A DNA stretch of 42,116 nt from Chiloscyllium plagiosum (Eukaryota): positions 3,076,789 through 3,118,904 of the forward strand of contig NC_057755.1 in NCBI RefSeq assembly GCF_004010195.1, given 5' to 3'. The notes under the pieces are model-generated. The model made no database searches. It was not told where the DNA came from and saw only the letters and a program-made list of their open reading frames with translations. Made by a program: the position numbers and the translations under genes. Every line of letters begins with the position of its first letter. Position 1 is the stretch's first letter. Positions 11,955 through 24,061 of this stretch are shown piece after piece.

Positions 11955-13465
11955 ATTCTGCTCTAGAACATTTTTGGGGTTCTAAAGAAATTGTGGGGAC
12001 CCTAGCTGATATTTTTGCATCATTTTTATCCATGGGTGAGGACCCAGAAGACTGGAGGGTAGCAGATGGTGTGTTATTCAAGAAGGGCTGCAAAGAAAAA
12101 CCTGGGAACTACAGGCCAGTAAATCTAACATCTGTGGTGGATAAATTACTTGAAAAGATTCAGAGAGAAAAGGGAGACGTGTATTTGGAAAGAGATCAAG
12201 AGCAATCAGCATGGCTTTGTGAATGGGAGATTATGCCCCACAGAGTTCTTTGAAGAAGTGGTCAGGAAGGTTGATTAGAGCAGGGCGGTAAACGTTGTCT
12301 ATATGGATTTCAGTAAGACATTTGATAAGATTCCACATGGAAGGCTCTTCTGGAAGGTTAGATTGCTCTGGAAGGTTCGATGGAAACTAGGGCGAGTTGA
12401 CATATTGAATACACAATTGGTTTGATGGTCGGAAGTAGAGAGTAATACTGGAAGGATGCTTGTCGGACTGGAGGCCTGTGACTCATGGAGTGCCTCAGGG
12501 GTCGATGCTGGGCCCATTGCTGTTTGCTATCTATGTCAATGAATTGGATGAGAATGTACAAGATATGATTATTAAGTTTGCAGATGACACTAGAATAGGC
12601 GGTAATGTGGATAGTGAGGAAATTTATCAGAAATTGCAGCAGGATCTTGATCGGCTGGGGACCTCAGCCGAGAAATGGCAAATGCAGTTTTATTTAGATA
12701 AGTGCAAGGTCTTGAATTTTGAAAAGTCAAGTCAAGGTAGGAGTTTCATGTTGAATAGTAGAGCCTGAAGGAGTGTAGTGCAACAGAGGGACCTTGGAGT
12801 TCAGGTGTACGGTTCTCTGAAAGTGGAGTCACAGCTAGACTGACCAGTGAAAAAGGCTTTTGGCACACTGGCCTTCATCAGTCAGAGCACTGAGTGTAGA
12901 AGTTGGGAAGTTACGTTGCAGTTGTAAAGGATGTTAGTGAGGCCACACTTGGAGTATTGTGTTCAGTTATGGTCACCTTGCTACAAGAAGGATGTTATTA
13001 AATTGGAAAGAGTGCAGAAGAAATTTGTAAGGGTGTTGCCAGGACTCAACTGTCTGAGTTATAGGGAGAGGTTGGACCAACTAGGATTCTTTTTAGAGGT
13101 ATATAAGATCATGAGAGGCATGGATAGGGTGACTGCACTCAGTCTTTTTCACAGGGTTGAAGAATCAAGGATAAGAGAGCAACAGTTTAAGGTTAGAGGG
13201 GAATGAACAAAAGGGAGCCTGAGGGACAACCTTTATACACAGAGCGTGGTACGCATATGGAATGAACTGCCAGTGGACGCTATTGAGGCAGGCACAGTAA
13301 CAACACTTAAAACGTGTTTGGATAAATACATGGATCGGAAAGATTTAGAAGGATATGAGCCAAGTGCAGGGAAATGGGGTTAGCGTAAATGGACATTTTG
13401 GTCAGCATGGACCAGTTTGGGCCAAAGGACCTGTCTCTCGGCTGGAAGACTCTCTGACACTGTAT
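11955..13465 (+). mobile_element. CR1 LINE ORF2 (RT) to 3' end, decayed
   Basis: KPGNYRPVNLTSVV, YMDFSKTFDKIPH, GVPQGSMLGPLLF, KFADDT and HLEYCVQLWSP. Confidence 0.95.
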
Positions 13466-13469
13466 CAGG

Positions 13470-13930
13470 ATCCTGCCAATTGTGAACAGAAACCTAACAA
13501 TGAGGAAAATGCTGATCAAAAGCTATCACACCTACAAGAGGCAAAGACAATCACTTCCTTGTCTGTCATTTACCATCTTCTGTCATTTATCACCTTTTGT
13601 TTGGGAGATGCAGATGGTTGTGAATGTCATTTGGCATTTCCATAGCTCACGAAGGATATCACACACAGAGTCTGAAATAGTTAGTGATCTTTCACGAGTA
13701 GAAGGTTTCATGAATGATCTCCTAGTCCATGGATGTGGAGATATGAGAAAAGAAGCCATTGCAGACCATGACTTGGATCCAGTACAACTGTTTGACCCAG
13801 AGATAATAGTTGATACAATGACAGTATTAGACGAACCTGAAGCTGAACAAGAATAAGTGCAATGAACAATGCCTGAAACCAAGCACAAAAATCATCAGCA
13901 AAAGATCTTTGTTTAGATCCTGAGATGCAG
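13470..13930 (+). mobile_element. Gypsy RT remnant
   Basis: VEGFMNDLLVHGCGDMRKEAIADHD resembles the xxDDxLxxGCG..EA..DHD segment of Gypsy RT; catalytic motif degenerate. Confidence 0.55.
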
Positions 13931-14139
13931 TGAACAATAGATATAAAAGCTTTAGATCTATGAGCTATCTAAAAAGGTTCTTGGCTAATTTGTCTTCATC
14001 ATATGAATGTGCACCCAAGCTTATTACTAAGGTCGTGCTGTGGGATATTGGGGCACAGGACAAGAAATAGTTTTCACACTAATCAATATTAACTCTCATG
14101 AATGCCTTTAAAAACCTGAATGGATTTAAAAATTATGAA

Positions 14140-14952
14140 TGAAATGCATGTGCAGGGACTCAATGAGCTGGCTGATTGGCAGATACAGCTTAATTTGGAA
14201 AAACAACAAGTATTGCATTTTGGGAAAACAAATAAGGGCATGAGTGAAACAGTTGGAAGGAGGATCTTCAATAGGGTTGAATTGATCAGAGAGATCCAGG
14301 GTAAATAATCCTTTGAAGTTTGCACCACATATAGCTTGGGTGGTTAAGGCAGCATTCAGCATGCTTGCCTTTGTTGCTTGGACTTTTGAATATAGAATTT
14401 GGGATATTATGTTAACATCATACAGGACATTGATGAGTCCTCTTCTGGTGTCCAGTTTTGGCCTCCCCGTTATTAGACGGATATTATTGAGCTGGCAAGG
14501 GTTCAGAAGAGATTAACTAGGATGCTGCCGGGAATGGAGGGCTTGAGTTATGCGGAGAGGTTGGTTAGGTTGGGACTTTGTTCACTGGAGCCTAGGAGAT
14601 CGCAGCATGATGTATAGAGGTTTAAATGAGGTGAACAGCAAGTGCCTTACCCCTGGGGTGGGACATTTCAAGATGAGGGGGTATATTTTTAAGTTTGGGG
14701 AAGAAATATTATAAAAAGACATGGGGGCTATCTTTTTACATAGAGTGTTTACCTTGTGGAATGAACTTCCGGGGGATGTGGTGGATGCAGGCACAGTTAC
14801 AACATTTAAAAGACATTTGGATAAGTAAATGATTAAGAAATATTTGTAGGGATATGGGCCAAGCTCAGGCAAGTGGAACTAGATTAGTTTGGGATTGGTC
14901 AGCATGGGTTTGTTGGACCAAAGGTCTGTTTCCTCACTGTATGACTCTGTGA
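14140..14952 (+). mobile_element. CR1 3' fragment
   Basis: ADWQIQLNLEK..VLHFGKTN, VQKRLTRMLPGMEGLSY and an ATGACTCT tail. Confidence 0.88.
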
Positions 14953-15959
14953 TGAAAGTAGATCTGGCTGGTATGAACATACAGTTTTTGGTCATGAGTA
15001 ATCATTTTCTTTATTGATCATATACATTAGATTAGTTGTAACTGTGAATGACACTGCAAGCACTTTTTTTTCATTTTATTTGTGAAAAGAGGGGTTGTTT
15101 GGAGAAATGTGTTTGTAAGTACACTATACACTTGTGCCTTGCATAGTCACATGACCTCTGTTGTAAGCTGATTAGAATTCAATTCAGACTAAGCAACTAT
15201 TAAACACTCTCCATGAGAAATGGTCGATCCCTCCTAAAAGTTCAGAGTGATAGTGGTGAATATGAGCAGGTTGAATCAGATGTTCCAGTGTCGAACTGAC
15301 CATTTTAGCTCATGTCTGGCACTACAATCGACGGCTGTAGCCACAAAGAGGTGAATTTGAGACAGAAGACGCAATAGGAAGCAAAAAGAACAAATGCAGA
15401 GAGACTCAGATAGGGTTAAGAAGGTATAATCACTTCAATCCTATAGCATTTTCTATCACTGCATACTTTCTGCTATTAAGTTCTGCGTCTGATCATTTCA
15501 GCTGATCTCTCTTTGTCGCTTACTTTGTCTGATCTTACTTGTCCCTTAGTTCCACCCATTGATTAAATTAACCTTGACTTAATAAGTCTTTATTTAGAAA
15601 AACGACACCATTTCTGGTCAAACCAAATTGAACAGGCTTGATAAGTCTTCACTGAGTTAAACTATAAAAATCTGAAAAATATATACTTATAATGTCCTGA
15701 TTTGTTGCAACATTATTGATAGGTATTTTGATCTGGAGCAATGTGAAAAATCCAAACCGATTAATTGATGATTGAGTTTCAGCCAAACTCTAAAGGGAGT
15801 TTTCTAAATTTCAGGTGTCAAGGAGTAGGACGAGTTAAACCCTGCCGATTGAGAACTGTCAGAGTTCCTGAACCTTGTTCTCAACAATTTCAAAATTGAA
15901 AACTTTCACAAAAGACACATGATACGTGTTATGGTAAATAACCACAGAGGATGAGATAC

Positions 15960-16013
15960 CATCTCCATCACAGTAGTCCAGGATAACACACTGATTCACC
16001 TCACTCAAAATGC
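15960..16013 (-). pseudogene. Candidate exon of the decayed minus-strand gene
   Basis: Strong acceptor ttttatttttaacag. Phase-1 frame GILSEVNQCVILDYCDGD. The donor (gtatct) is weak, so the exon may extend further. Confidence 0.35.
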
Positions 16014-16247
16014 CTGTTAAAAATAAAAGTAGGATACAGAGTAGGAGTGGTTTGATCTTGCTACCTCCCTGTGAAAAAGACTAGCCCAGACACTGTCTGA
16101 GGGCACTCTGAGCAAATGCCATTGCTATAAGATAAAGCAATGGTTATAACAGCCAATGCAACATAACCCTAACATGAAAAAATGGCCTTGAAATGGAAGA
16201 TTAAAGTTAAATACAGAATATAGGCTGGGAAATTACATGAAACTTAC

Positions 16248-16375
16248 CTTGAAATGCAGATTCTCCATTTCCATTTGCAATCGACATAAAATCACTGTCA
16301 CCAAGCCTAAGTTGTCCCTGGTTTTCAGCCACCAATCAGAATTTGGTAATTGGAGCTGATCCTTGTAATTTGAAA
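16248..16375 (-). pseudogene. Candidate exon of the decayed minus-strand gene
   Basis: AAG|gtaagt donor and tttattttag acceptor (possibly supplied by the adjacent repeat). Frame FKLQGSAPITKF*LVAENQGQLRLGDSDFMSIANGNGESAFQ joins the next exon in phase; a second frame is stop-free. Confidence 0.4.
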
Positions 16376-16377
16376 CT

Positions 16378-16530
16378 AAAATAAACACAACGCACTGCTG
16401 ATGCTGAAAATCTCAAACAGAAACAGACTGCTGGAGAAACTGAGCAAGTCGGACAGCACCTGTAGCGAGAAAACAGTGAGAATGCTGTCAGACTTGCTAT
16501 GCTTCTCCAGCTCCCTGCTCTGCTTGCAAT
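16378..16530. mobile_element. Foldback remnant of Penelope-like pseudo-LTR tails
   Basis: GCTGGAGAAACTGAGCAAGTCGGACAGCA is followed by its near reverse complement TGCTGTCAGACTTGCTATGCTTCTCCAGC. Confidence 0.6.
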
Positions 16531-17157
16531 TTGAGATTTGTATCATGACTTTATCCTCTGACAAATGTGCATTTTTTACAACTTTAAAATAGATATAAAC
16601 CACCCCCTACCCCATCCCCCAGTTTAACAGCTCGATCAACTGTGATCAAAGCTATTTACATTTATTTAAATACTGTTTTATGGTCAATTCAATTGGGAAC
16701 AATCGTGGAAATGTATTTTTTTTTACCTTGCTATCTGAAACTGCATGAAACACTCCACCAGTTCCCTGACGCTTGGGCTTTTGGTTCTCACAATCAGCAC
16801 CTAATGTCTCAACACCTCCAAAAGGTAAACACACCAATCATTTACTCTGCTGAACAATGAGGATACCTTAAAATCCTCAGAGTGAATCTTGCCAGAAACG
16901 ACTAAGTGTCATCTTCATCGAGGGCTTTACTCCATCCGGCAGGTTTTCCAGTGTGTTCATCCCAAAACTGCTTCATTAACTACTTACCACAAACCTAAGG
17001 CATGCATCTTGTCCAATGCTAGCTCAATTCTCCCACTTGCTGTAGCCAAATATACTTGATACTGCCATGAAATTTCAGGATATTTGACACCAGGAACGTA
17101 TTTAAAAAGATTGTTGTGTCATCAGTCAAGTGCTCGCAGACCAGAGCTGCTGCCTGT

Positions 17158-17386
17158 GGCAGACAAGGGGAAGTTATACCTTACTTTAAAAGCAGGGACC
17201 TGGAGATCCTGGTGGACAGGAACATGCTGGAGGAGAGACACCCTTTTCCCTCGGGACTGGCCAAAGAGGCCACAACACCAAAATCTGCCAGACTGCTCTG
17301 AAGCCAGCACCTGGATCAGTGGTACCTCTCTGCGATGGAGGAATGCCCGTCAATGCATGAAGAAAGCTAATTAGCATTCTGTCAGG
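17158..17386 (+). mobile_element. PIF/Harbinger Myb/SANT DNA-binding protein exon remnant
   Basis: Across frameshifts: PYFKSRDLEILVD..RDTLFP..KRP..SEASTWISGTSLRWRNARQCMKKAN, matching the F...LE.LVD..LF...R...QC.KK.N trihelix pattern. Ends at AGG|gtaagc. Confidence 0.65.
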
Positions 17387-17924
17387 GTAAGCACCACCAC
17401 CACCACCACCTTCTCCCTACTATGTTACATTCACTTGATCTCTGCTATAGCAGTTTGTAAGTTTCAAGGGGTCTTACAAAATTTAAACTCAAATCACAAT
17501 ATTAATTTGTTCATTTGAATCTTTAATGTAATAGACAGCAGGTGATAGTCTAGTGCTGTAACACAGGAAGCATTATTGGGATTATAATTAACACCTATTA
17601 AAATAGAGCAGCAACTTTATGGGTGTTCTCCAGCTCACATTTTCTGGTTCAGCTTAGCGAGTAAGTCAACACTCGGTTTTTTGCCTCATTTCCAATGCCT
17701 TGAAGGCCTTTTCACTTCTGTTTGGAAATAGGATAATGTCTAACGTTCTCACTTGCATGCTTTGGTCAAGCAAGCTGTTGCTTACTAACTCTTTCTAAAC
17801 ACTTTATAGGCACTTGTTTCAATTGGTCTTTTTTTTGCTATGTTAGAATGTTTGAAAACAGTGTGTTACTTTATACACCTTAAAGATGAGATACAGATCT
17901 CTATGAATTATTTTAAAATAGGAG

Positions 17925-18497
17925 GATGACGAGGGAATAGAAAAACCCATTGGGTATTTTTCCAGGAAGTTGAATGTTCATCAACAGAAATTTTCAATGG
18001 TGGAGAAAGAGACTTTAAGCTTGGTGTTGGCATCACAACATTTCAGTGTTTATATTACCAGCAGTGCATCTGAGACAGTCATATACAGTGATCACAACAT
18101 TGACATTTGTGAAAAAATTTAAGGACAAAAATGTCAGACAGGTTAGATGGAGCTTGCTGTTGCAGCCATTCAGTTTGACAATTGTGCACTTGGCAGGTCG
18201 CGAAAATGTGACTGCCGATGCATTACTGAGACTGGAATGAGATATGGAGATGTTCAGTAGTGGGTGTACAGTGGCCTGAATTGCTTGTGGTTGTGCATGT
18301 TTATATACTGTATTTGTGTGTGTTGACTACTAAGAGTTAAAAATGAATAAATTTCTGTCTGTTTTAACATCTAGTAGTCAACCTAGCTACCTCACTCCGG
18401 GTAATTTTCACTGTTCACTTACCAAAACAAATTTCAAAGTTACGGTCTGGGTTGCCAGCTTAAGAATGTTTTGAGTGGTCTGGCGTACTCCATAACA
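17925..18497 (+). mobile_element. Gypsy RNase H C-terminus, 3' UTR and probable LTR end
   Basis: PIGYFSRKLNVHQQKFSMVEKETL, VIYSDHN and RWSLLLQPF..IVHLAGRENVTADAL then stop. The segment ends ..ATAACA, as LTRs do. Confidence 0.8.
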
Positions 18498-18509
18498 TCA
18501 TATCCCACT

Positions 18510-19890
18510 GTCAGTGCGCAGACTCATGGGCATCTGCAAGCAGTTCGAACTGACCTGAGGAGTCAACGTAAATCAAGGCAAGAGCAAGGCCGTGTCCATT
18601 GGGAACTGGATCGATTGATCTTTGTCCCCTTCACCATCAGAACAGATTACCTGAGGTGCTGGCAATGTGGATCAGAGGGGCCGGGGCGTGCACAAAATCT
18701 TGGGGGGAGCGCACCAGTAAGGAGAGGCAGAAACTGGACATTTGGGAGCAGCAGTCCCTCTCAATTGGTCATCAGGTGCGAGGTACTCTCACTGTTGTTG
18801 TAGGTAGCGCAGGTTGGCCGATTCCCACGACCTGCATCGTTGCAATCTTCTGAGCCATCTTCCACTTTCTCTCACTTTCTCTAAGTTGGACCAGGTCCAC
18901 AGGGACCCCATATGCAAAACTCTGGATAAGAGCGTGGAGAACATACTCAATACCACCCTCCAATTGATAGCCACTTAGTATCGGTATGCAAACACCAAAT
19001 GTCACTATGTACTGAGGTTCTACCTGTTCCCACTATTGCCAAGATGGCACTGGGCTCATTGCCACTGAATGCTCCAAGTAGTTGGACCATTCCACATCAC
19101 CTGTTGATGGTGTAGAAATTTGTAAAGAAAAACACCTTTGACCATAAATCCATCAGGACGTGGTCAGCGTATCGCATCCACAAGACCCTGCAGGAAAAGA
19201 TAGTGAGTCCTGTCGCATGGTTCCCTGAGCAAACTGTCAATGTCGTTTGGCAGAATACCTCATCACCAGAACTTTCCAACAAGCACCAAGACATTGCTTG
19301 ACTGGTGGTAAATAGGGCACTACCTGTGGCGATCCATCTTGTACAACATGACTGCATGCACCACCACATGCTGCCCGCGAAGCGGCTGTGGGAGGGTTGA
19401 GGCCGTCCCACAACCTTGTTGAACGTGCCATTGCATAGGAGGTCTGGAGAAAGGTTTTTATAGAGACTCCGTCACGAGCAGCTCCGTGACGCAGGATTCT
19501 GTGCTCTACAGACCGTTCCCTGGGACGCACACTGAGATAAACATCAACTGCACCTGAAGAACCATCAATTCAGTGAAAGATGCTCTTTGGTCGGCTCGAA
19601 ATATGTTAGTATTCCAGAAGAAAGAGTCGACCTTGACTGAGTGTTTCCGACAAGCCCATTCCAAGGTGCAGAACGTGCTGAGGGACACATGAAAGCTTGG
19701 GGCAGCTGCCGCCAAAGAGCAGTGCAGAAAGACCCACTGTCTGAGGTCTTTGTGCTGAGTTAAACGGGGGTCCATTCAGTCATCGGACCCTCTGGGTACC
19801 TCAAATGTATGTAAATATGATTTTACACAAGGAAGAGATGCTTTTGATTTGTTCATGGTATAGAATCCAAATCCAATATTTGTTTTGGTT
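18510..19890 (+). mobile_element. Tx1/L1-clade LINE ORF2 3' part, decayed
   Basis: RRLMGICKQFE..VNQGKSKA, VPFTIRTDYL, RQKLDIWEQQSLSI and VIRCEVLSLLL, then a C-terminal Cys-rich region and SVKDALWSARNMLVFQ. Confidence 0.8.
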
Positions 19891-20137
19891 AGAGGAGGAG
19901 AATGGGTGGGAGAGACTACACGTGTAGTGTCTCTGGTTCAGCCGCTGCCCAAATACATCAGTTCGCTCTTTCCCAGCAGCCCCCTTCTGTTCTCTCACTA
20001 TTTTGTTCCTCATTGAAGACTGGTCCAGTAAAAGCTCATGGGATGCAAAGCAGACTGGCACATTGGATACAAAATTGAATGAAAGGCAGAATAGAGGGAG
20101 ATGGTGGAGAGGTGTTTCTGTGACTTGGAGATATACA

Positions 20138-20318
20138 GCTTAGACATAGACCCATTGGTCCAACTTATCCATACTGATTAGATAACCTAAACTGATCTCT
20201 TCCCATTTGCCAGCTTTTGGCCCACATCCCTCACAACCTTTCCTATTCGTGCATCCATCCAGGTGCTTTCTAAATGTCATAATGGTACCTGTCTCCACCA
20301 CTTCCTCTGACAGCATGT
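20138..20318 (-). mobile_element. CR1 3' end, antisense
   Basis: LSEEVVETGTIMTFRKHLDG on the minus strand. Confidence 0.85.
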
Positions 20319-20840
20319 TACTTGAGATTCTTTCTGATTGGATTGCACAGACCTTGGGTGCTGAGGCATTGCTATTCTTCATGGAAGGTCCCATCAAATT
20401 CCATTTAAACCAAAAGACAATATAACTCAGTGTGGATACTGTTGATAGTCAACTAGTACTCACTGCTGAGGTCAAGTCTGGAAGTGACAACAGTATAATG
20501 TACAGCAGTTTCAGTGACAAATTACTGAGAAAGATGCAGAGGTGCAATTAAACAACCTCTGATAGAAAGGATGTGAAGCTGGGGTTTCAGTTCAAAGTCC
20601 ACCAAGTACCAAAATAAAAACTACAGCCTGACAGTGGATGATGGCTTTAAATTTCCAGAGTTTGATCTGAAGAAATTATGGCTCACTCAACAATGAATTT
20701 TGGAATAGTAGTCTTGCAGTTTCAAGAGTGCAGATGAGTTAGGAGACTTTTGGAGGACCAAAATAGAATGCTACAAAATAGAAAGGGAAAAGGAAGACAG
20801 ATCAAGAGGTTCTCAAGTAAATCTTACAGCTGACAAATTT

Positions 20841-22166
20841 ATTAAATGTACTGCCCATAGTAATAGCGAAGGTTTAGTTTGACATTGGCAACCATTTGGC
20901 AGATGTGGCAGCAAAAGCAGCCTCTAAAGGGGATCTTATGGTTGTGGGCAGAATGATGAGGCAGCCTACAAATTCTAACAAAAACCAAACTACTTTAGAT
21001 GAATTAATGCCAACCATCCCCAGATGTTGTTAAACTTCAGGGGAACGCCCCTGACACTGAGAAGCTGTTATGGTCAGAGTTGGGCTGTTTGCATGACCCT
21101 GATGCTCAACTCTGGACTATTCCTGAGAGTCAAATTTATATGTCTGATGCTCTTGTTCTATGGGTTATTGAATGTGTTCATTGTGCAACTCATGGTGGCA
21201 CCAGAGCGATCAGGGACTTACTTGTGAACACCTTTTATTGGCTCAGAGGGTTAGTGACTGTTGCTTGATCTGTCTGGAGCAAACCCTGGCAACGGCGTTC
21301 CCTGTGGGCAAGGGTTTATACCCTTTGCCTGGCAGCCCTTTTGAGATACTCCAACTGGACTACATTGAGTTGATTAAATGCCAGTGTTATAAATAGGTTT
21401 TTGTTATTGTTGTCTTTTCTAAGTGGATCGAAGCCTACCCTACTAACACTACTGCTGAGACCGTGGAGAAGATTTTGCTTAAGGAAATTATTCCCTGTTT
21501 TGGTATACCTGCTTGCATTAGCTTGGACAATGGACTGTAATTTATAGGTTATATTAATGAAGAACTCTGTTCCCAGCTTTCTATTCATTGGCACTGCATT
21601 GTGCTTATCGTCCTCGGGCAGCGGCCTTGTTGAATGTTTTTAACTTGACTCTTAAGACTAAACTTGCCAAAATAATGGCTGAGACTGTCCTCTCCTGGGT
21701 TATGCTGCTCTCTTTGGCCTTATTCTAGATGCAATCCATGCCTGTGGGCAAGACACAACTGTCTCCAGCTGAGATTCTCTACGGTTGCCCGGTCCATACT
21801 CCTTGGAATGAATTGGTTCCCTCTTCAGTCCATTTCCACCACCACGTGATCGAAGAAATGATTGTTTCTGTTCTTGCTCCATCTAACGTCAGGCGTGATT
21901 TTCATTTCCATGTTCGTGCGGCCTATGGCGATGTTTCCTCCCTCTCAGTCTCCTCACAGGTGGAGCCTGGTTCGCTTGTGCTTGTCAAGAACTGGACTCG
22001 CAAAGGTCTCCAACCTCGTTGGGTTGGCCCCTTCCAGGTTTTACTTACCACCCCTATGGTGGCCAAAGTGGCTGGTCACTCGGCGTGGGTCCACCTGCAC
22101 CATTGTAAGTTGATTGACCGCACCAATCAAAAGGAGGAAGAGGAGGAGAGAATACTGGAATCCTAG
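20841..22166 (+). mobile_element. pol: Endogenous retrovirus pol remnant (RNase H end + integrase), gamma/epsilon-like
   Basis: IKCTAHS..GNHLADVAAKAA (RNase H); HCATHGG; PFEILQLDYIEL, FSKWIEAYPT and ISLDNG (integrase core); LQPRWVGPFQVLLTTP..WVHLHHCKL (GPY/F). Many stops and frameshifts. Confidence 0.92.
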
Positions 22167-22199
22167 GAAACTGAGATCCCATTCATTTGGTTTTTTGAA

Positions 22200-22233
22200 T
22201 TTTGCTGTTGTTTTAATGCTATTCTTATTGCAG
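22200..22233 (+). promoter_or_regulatory. Candidate env splice acceptor
   Basis: T-rich tract with TTAAT branch-like motif ending in TTGCAG, 23 nt before the env ATG at 22257. Confidence 0.5.
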
Positions 22234-22256
22234 ATACTTGAACTAAGAGGAGAGAC

Positions 22257-24060
22257 ATGTGGGGATTTGCCTACTTACTGACCTGTTTGATCACACACGA
22301 CATCCTGATGGGAAAGCCACAAAAGAATCGATGTGATCCGGAACGATCCGAGATTATCTACCACCTATGTTGAGGAGCTGTCGTCCAGTGCACCAGACCA
22401 GATTCCTTCGACATGTGAAACATGACTAAGATTGATTATTGCAATGGACTCTTACATCAGAAAGACCATATGGTCCATATGGACAGTAGAAATCAGTGGA
22501 AATTACCATGTCGGTACCAAACCTGTATTTTTGATTTTATCTGCAGACGTAAGCCTAGTGAGGATAGAAATGATCAACCCCATTACTATGGTACATGTTT
22601 TAAGGAAGTCTGGGAGCACCATGTCTTTTTGCAGGACAAGTCTATTCGAGAAAAGAGAAGCCTAATAGGGGAAACTCTTCAATCCACAAACAACTTATTT
22701 GTCCAGGCCCACAGGACACTCTTCATCCCAGAGTCAGTAGGATGTTACTTCTGTCTATCAGTAGATGACTTACTTGCCCCGTCCCCAGTCCCGATCCCAA
22801 TCTGTTCATCAGACTTCCGACTGCCAACCCTCCGAAGAGAAATATCACTTTCCAAAACCATGTTGGCCCTCCTGCCACAAGTTTGCTGATGTCTTTTAAC
22901 TCTACTGCAGGGTCATATGAGAATTGCTTTAATGAAACCGGTTATGGGTGTGGAATTGTTCGTGCTCCACATAACATCTTCTGCCTATTTGAGACTTGTC
23001 TCTCCCACTCATGTAAGACAAAGGGGCCTTATACCTCCTGCACATGCATACAAACAGCTTGAATTCCACTGGCTGGGGGAGATTGCACATTTATAGGTCT
23101 TTTCTCTTCTCAAAATCTGATACTGTTGCCAAGACTAAGAGCTAAGGGAGAGCCTAATGGGAACAGAATTCTGAGGACCATTGTCCCACCATACAGTGCA
23201 AGCACTCAACAGTCACTTTGCCCACTTCTTATGGTGCTCACATGACACAATGTTGGCCCTTTACTCCTGACCAGAACCCTTGCTGTAACCTATTTTAACA
23301 AACCCTCCCTCATATATACCAAATCAGGCTGTTATTTGTTCAGCCAAGTTAAAGCTACCAATTTTCTTGTCCTTGATGGTAAAGATGTTCCCCATAAGGT
23401 TGCTATCGAAGCCCTTGTTCCCACAACAATACCTTTTCATGGCCAGTGGACAAGTCGATGGAACCTTCATCTGAGGAGGGTGCAGCGGTTGGTCTCAGCC
23501 AACTTTTGCTCCAATTGGAAGGATCCCAAGGGACTGGGTGGCAATACAGGACATTCAATATGCAGGGTAATCCTGAGTATCCTGAATTTGGGAGGATTGG
23601 TAGGGTAAATAAGTCAAAAGAACCGCAATTACCTCATTTGCACCTGACCATTCGAGGAAATAAGACCAAAGAGGCCCTGGAGCAGATTAACTGGGAATAT
23701 CAGATCTGCATCTTAATTCTATGCAGAATCCAGGTTTGCCTTAGAGTATATACTAGCGTGGGAAGGCAGGGTCTGTACAATTGTCCAAGATAAATACATT
23801 ATGGGCATTCCCGATCGCACTGGCAATATTACTAAGATACAAGGCGAGATCCAGGTGTTCCTTGACAGAATGACTGAAGCGACCAGTTGGGAAACTAGGA
23901 ATTAGACTCTTGGTACAATTGGCTTATCAATTTAGCAATGGATATCGGAATCATTCTCTCCTCTGTCTGTTTGTTGGTATTGCTATTGTTAAGTGTTTGA
24001 TTGCTAAGCTTATGAGCTCCCTCAGTGATACAGACTTGCCCCAGATCGCCGCAGTGCAAT
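22257..24060 (+). pseudogene. env: Endogenous retrovirus env (gamma-type), disrupted
   Basis: Hydrophobic start MWGFAYLLTCLI; REKR at 22647-22658; CxxC (CYFC) at 22743-22754; RRVQR at 23474-23488; heptad NKTKEALEQINWE; ISD-like QN.RFALEYILAWEGRVC..IPD..GNIT; hydrophobic anchor after WYNWL. Confidence 0.85.
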
Positions 24061-24061
24061 C

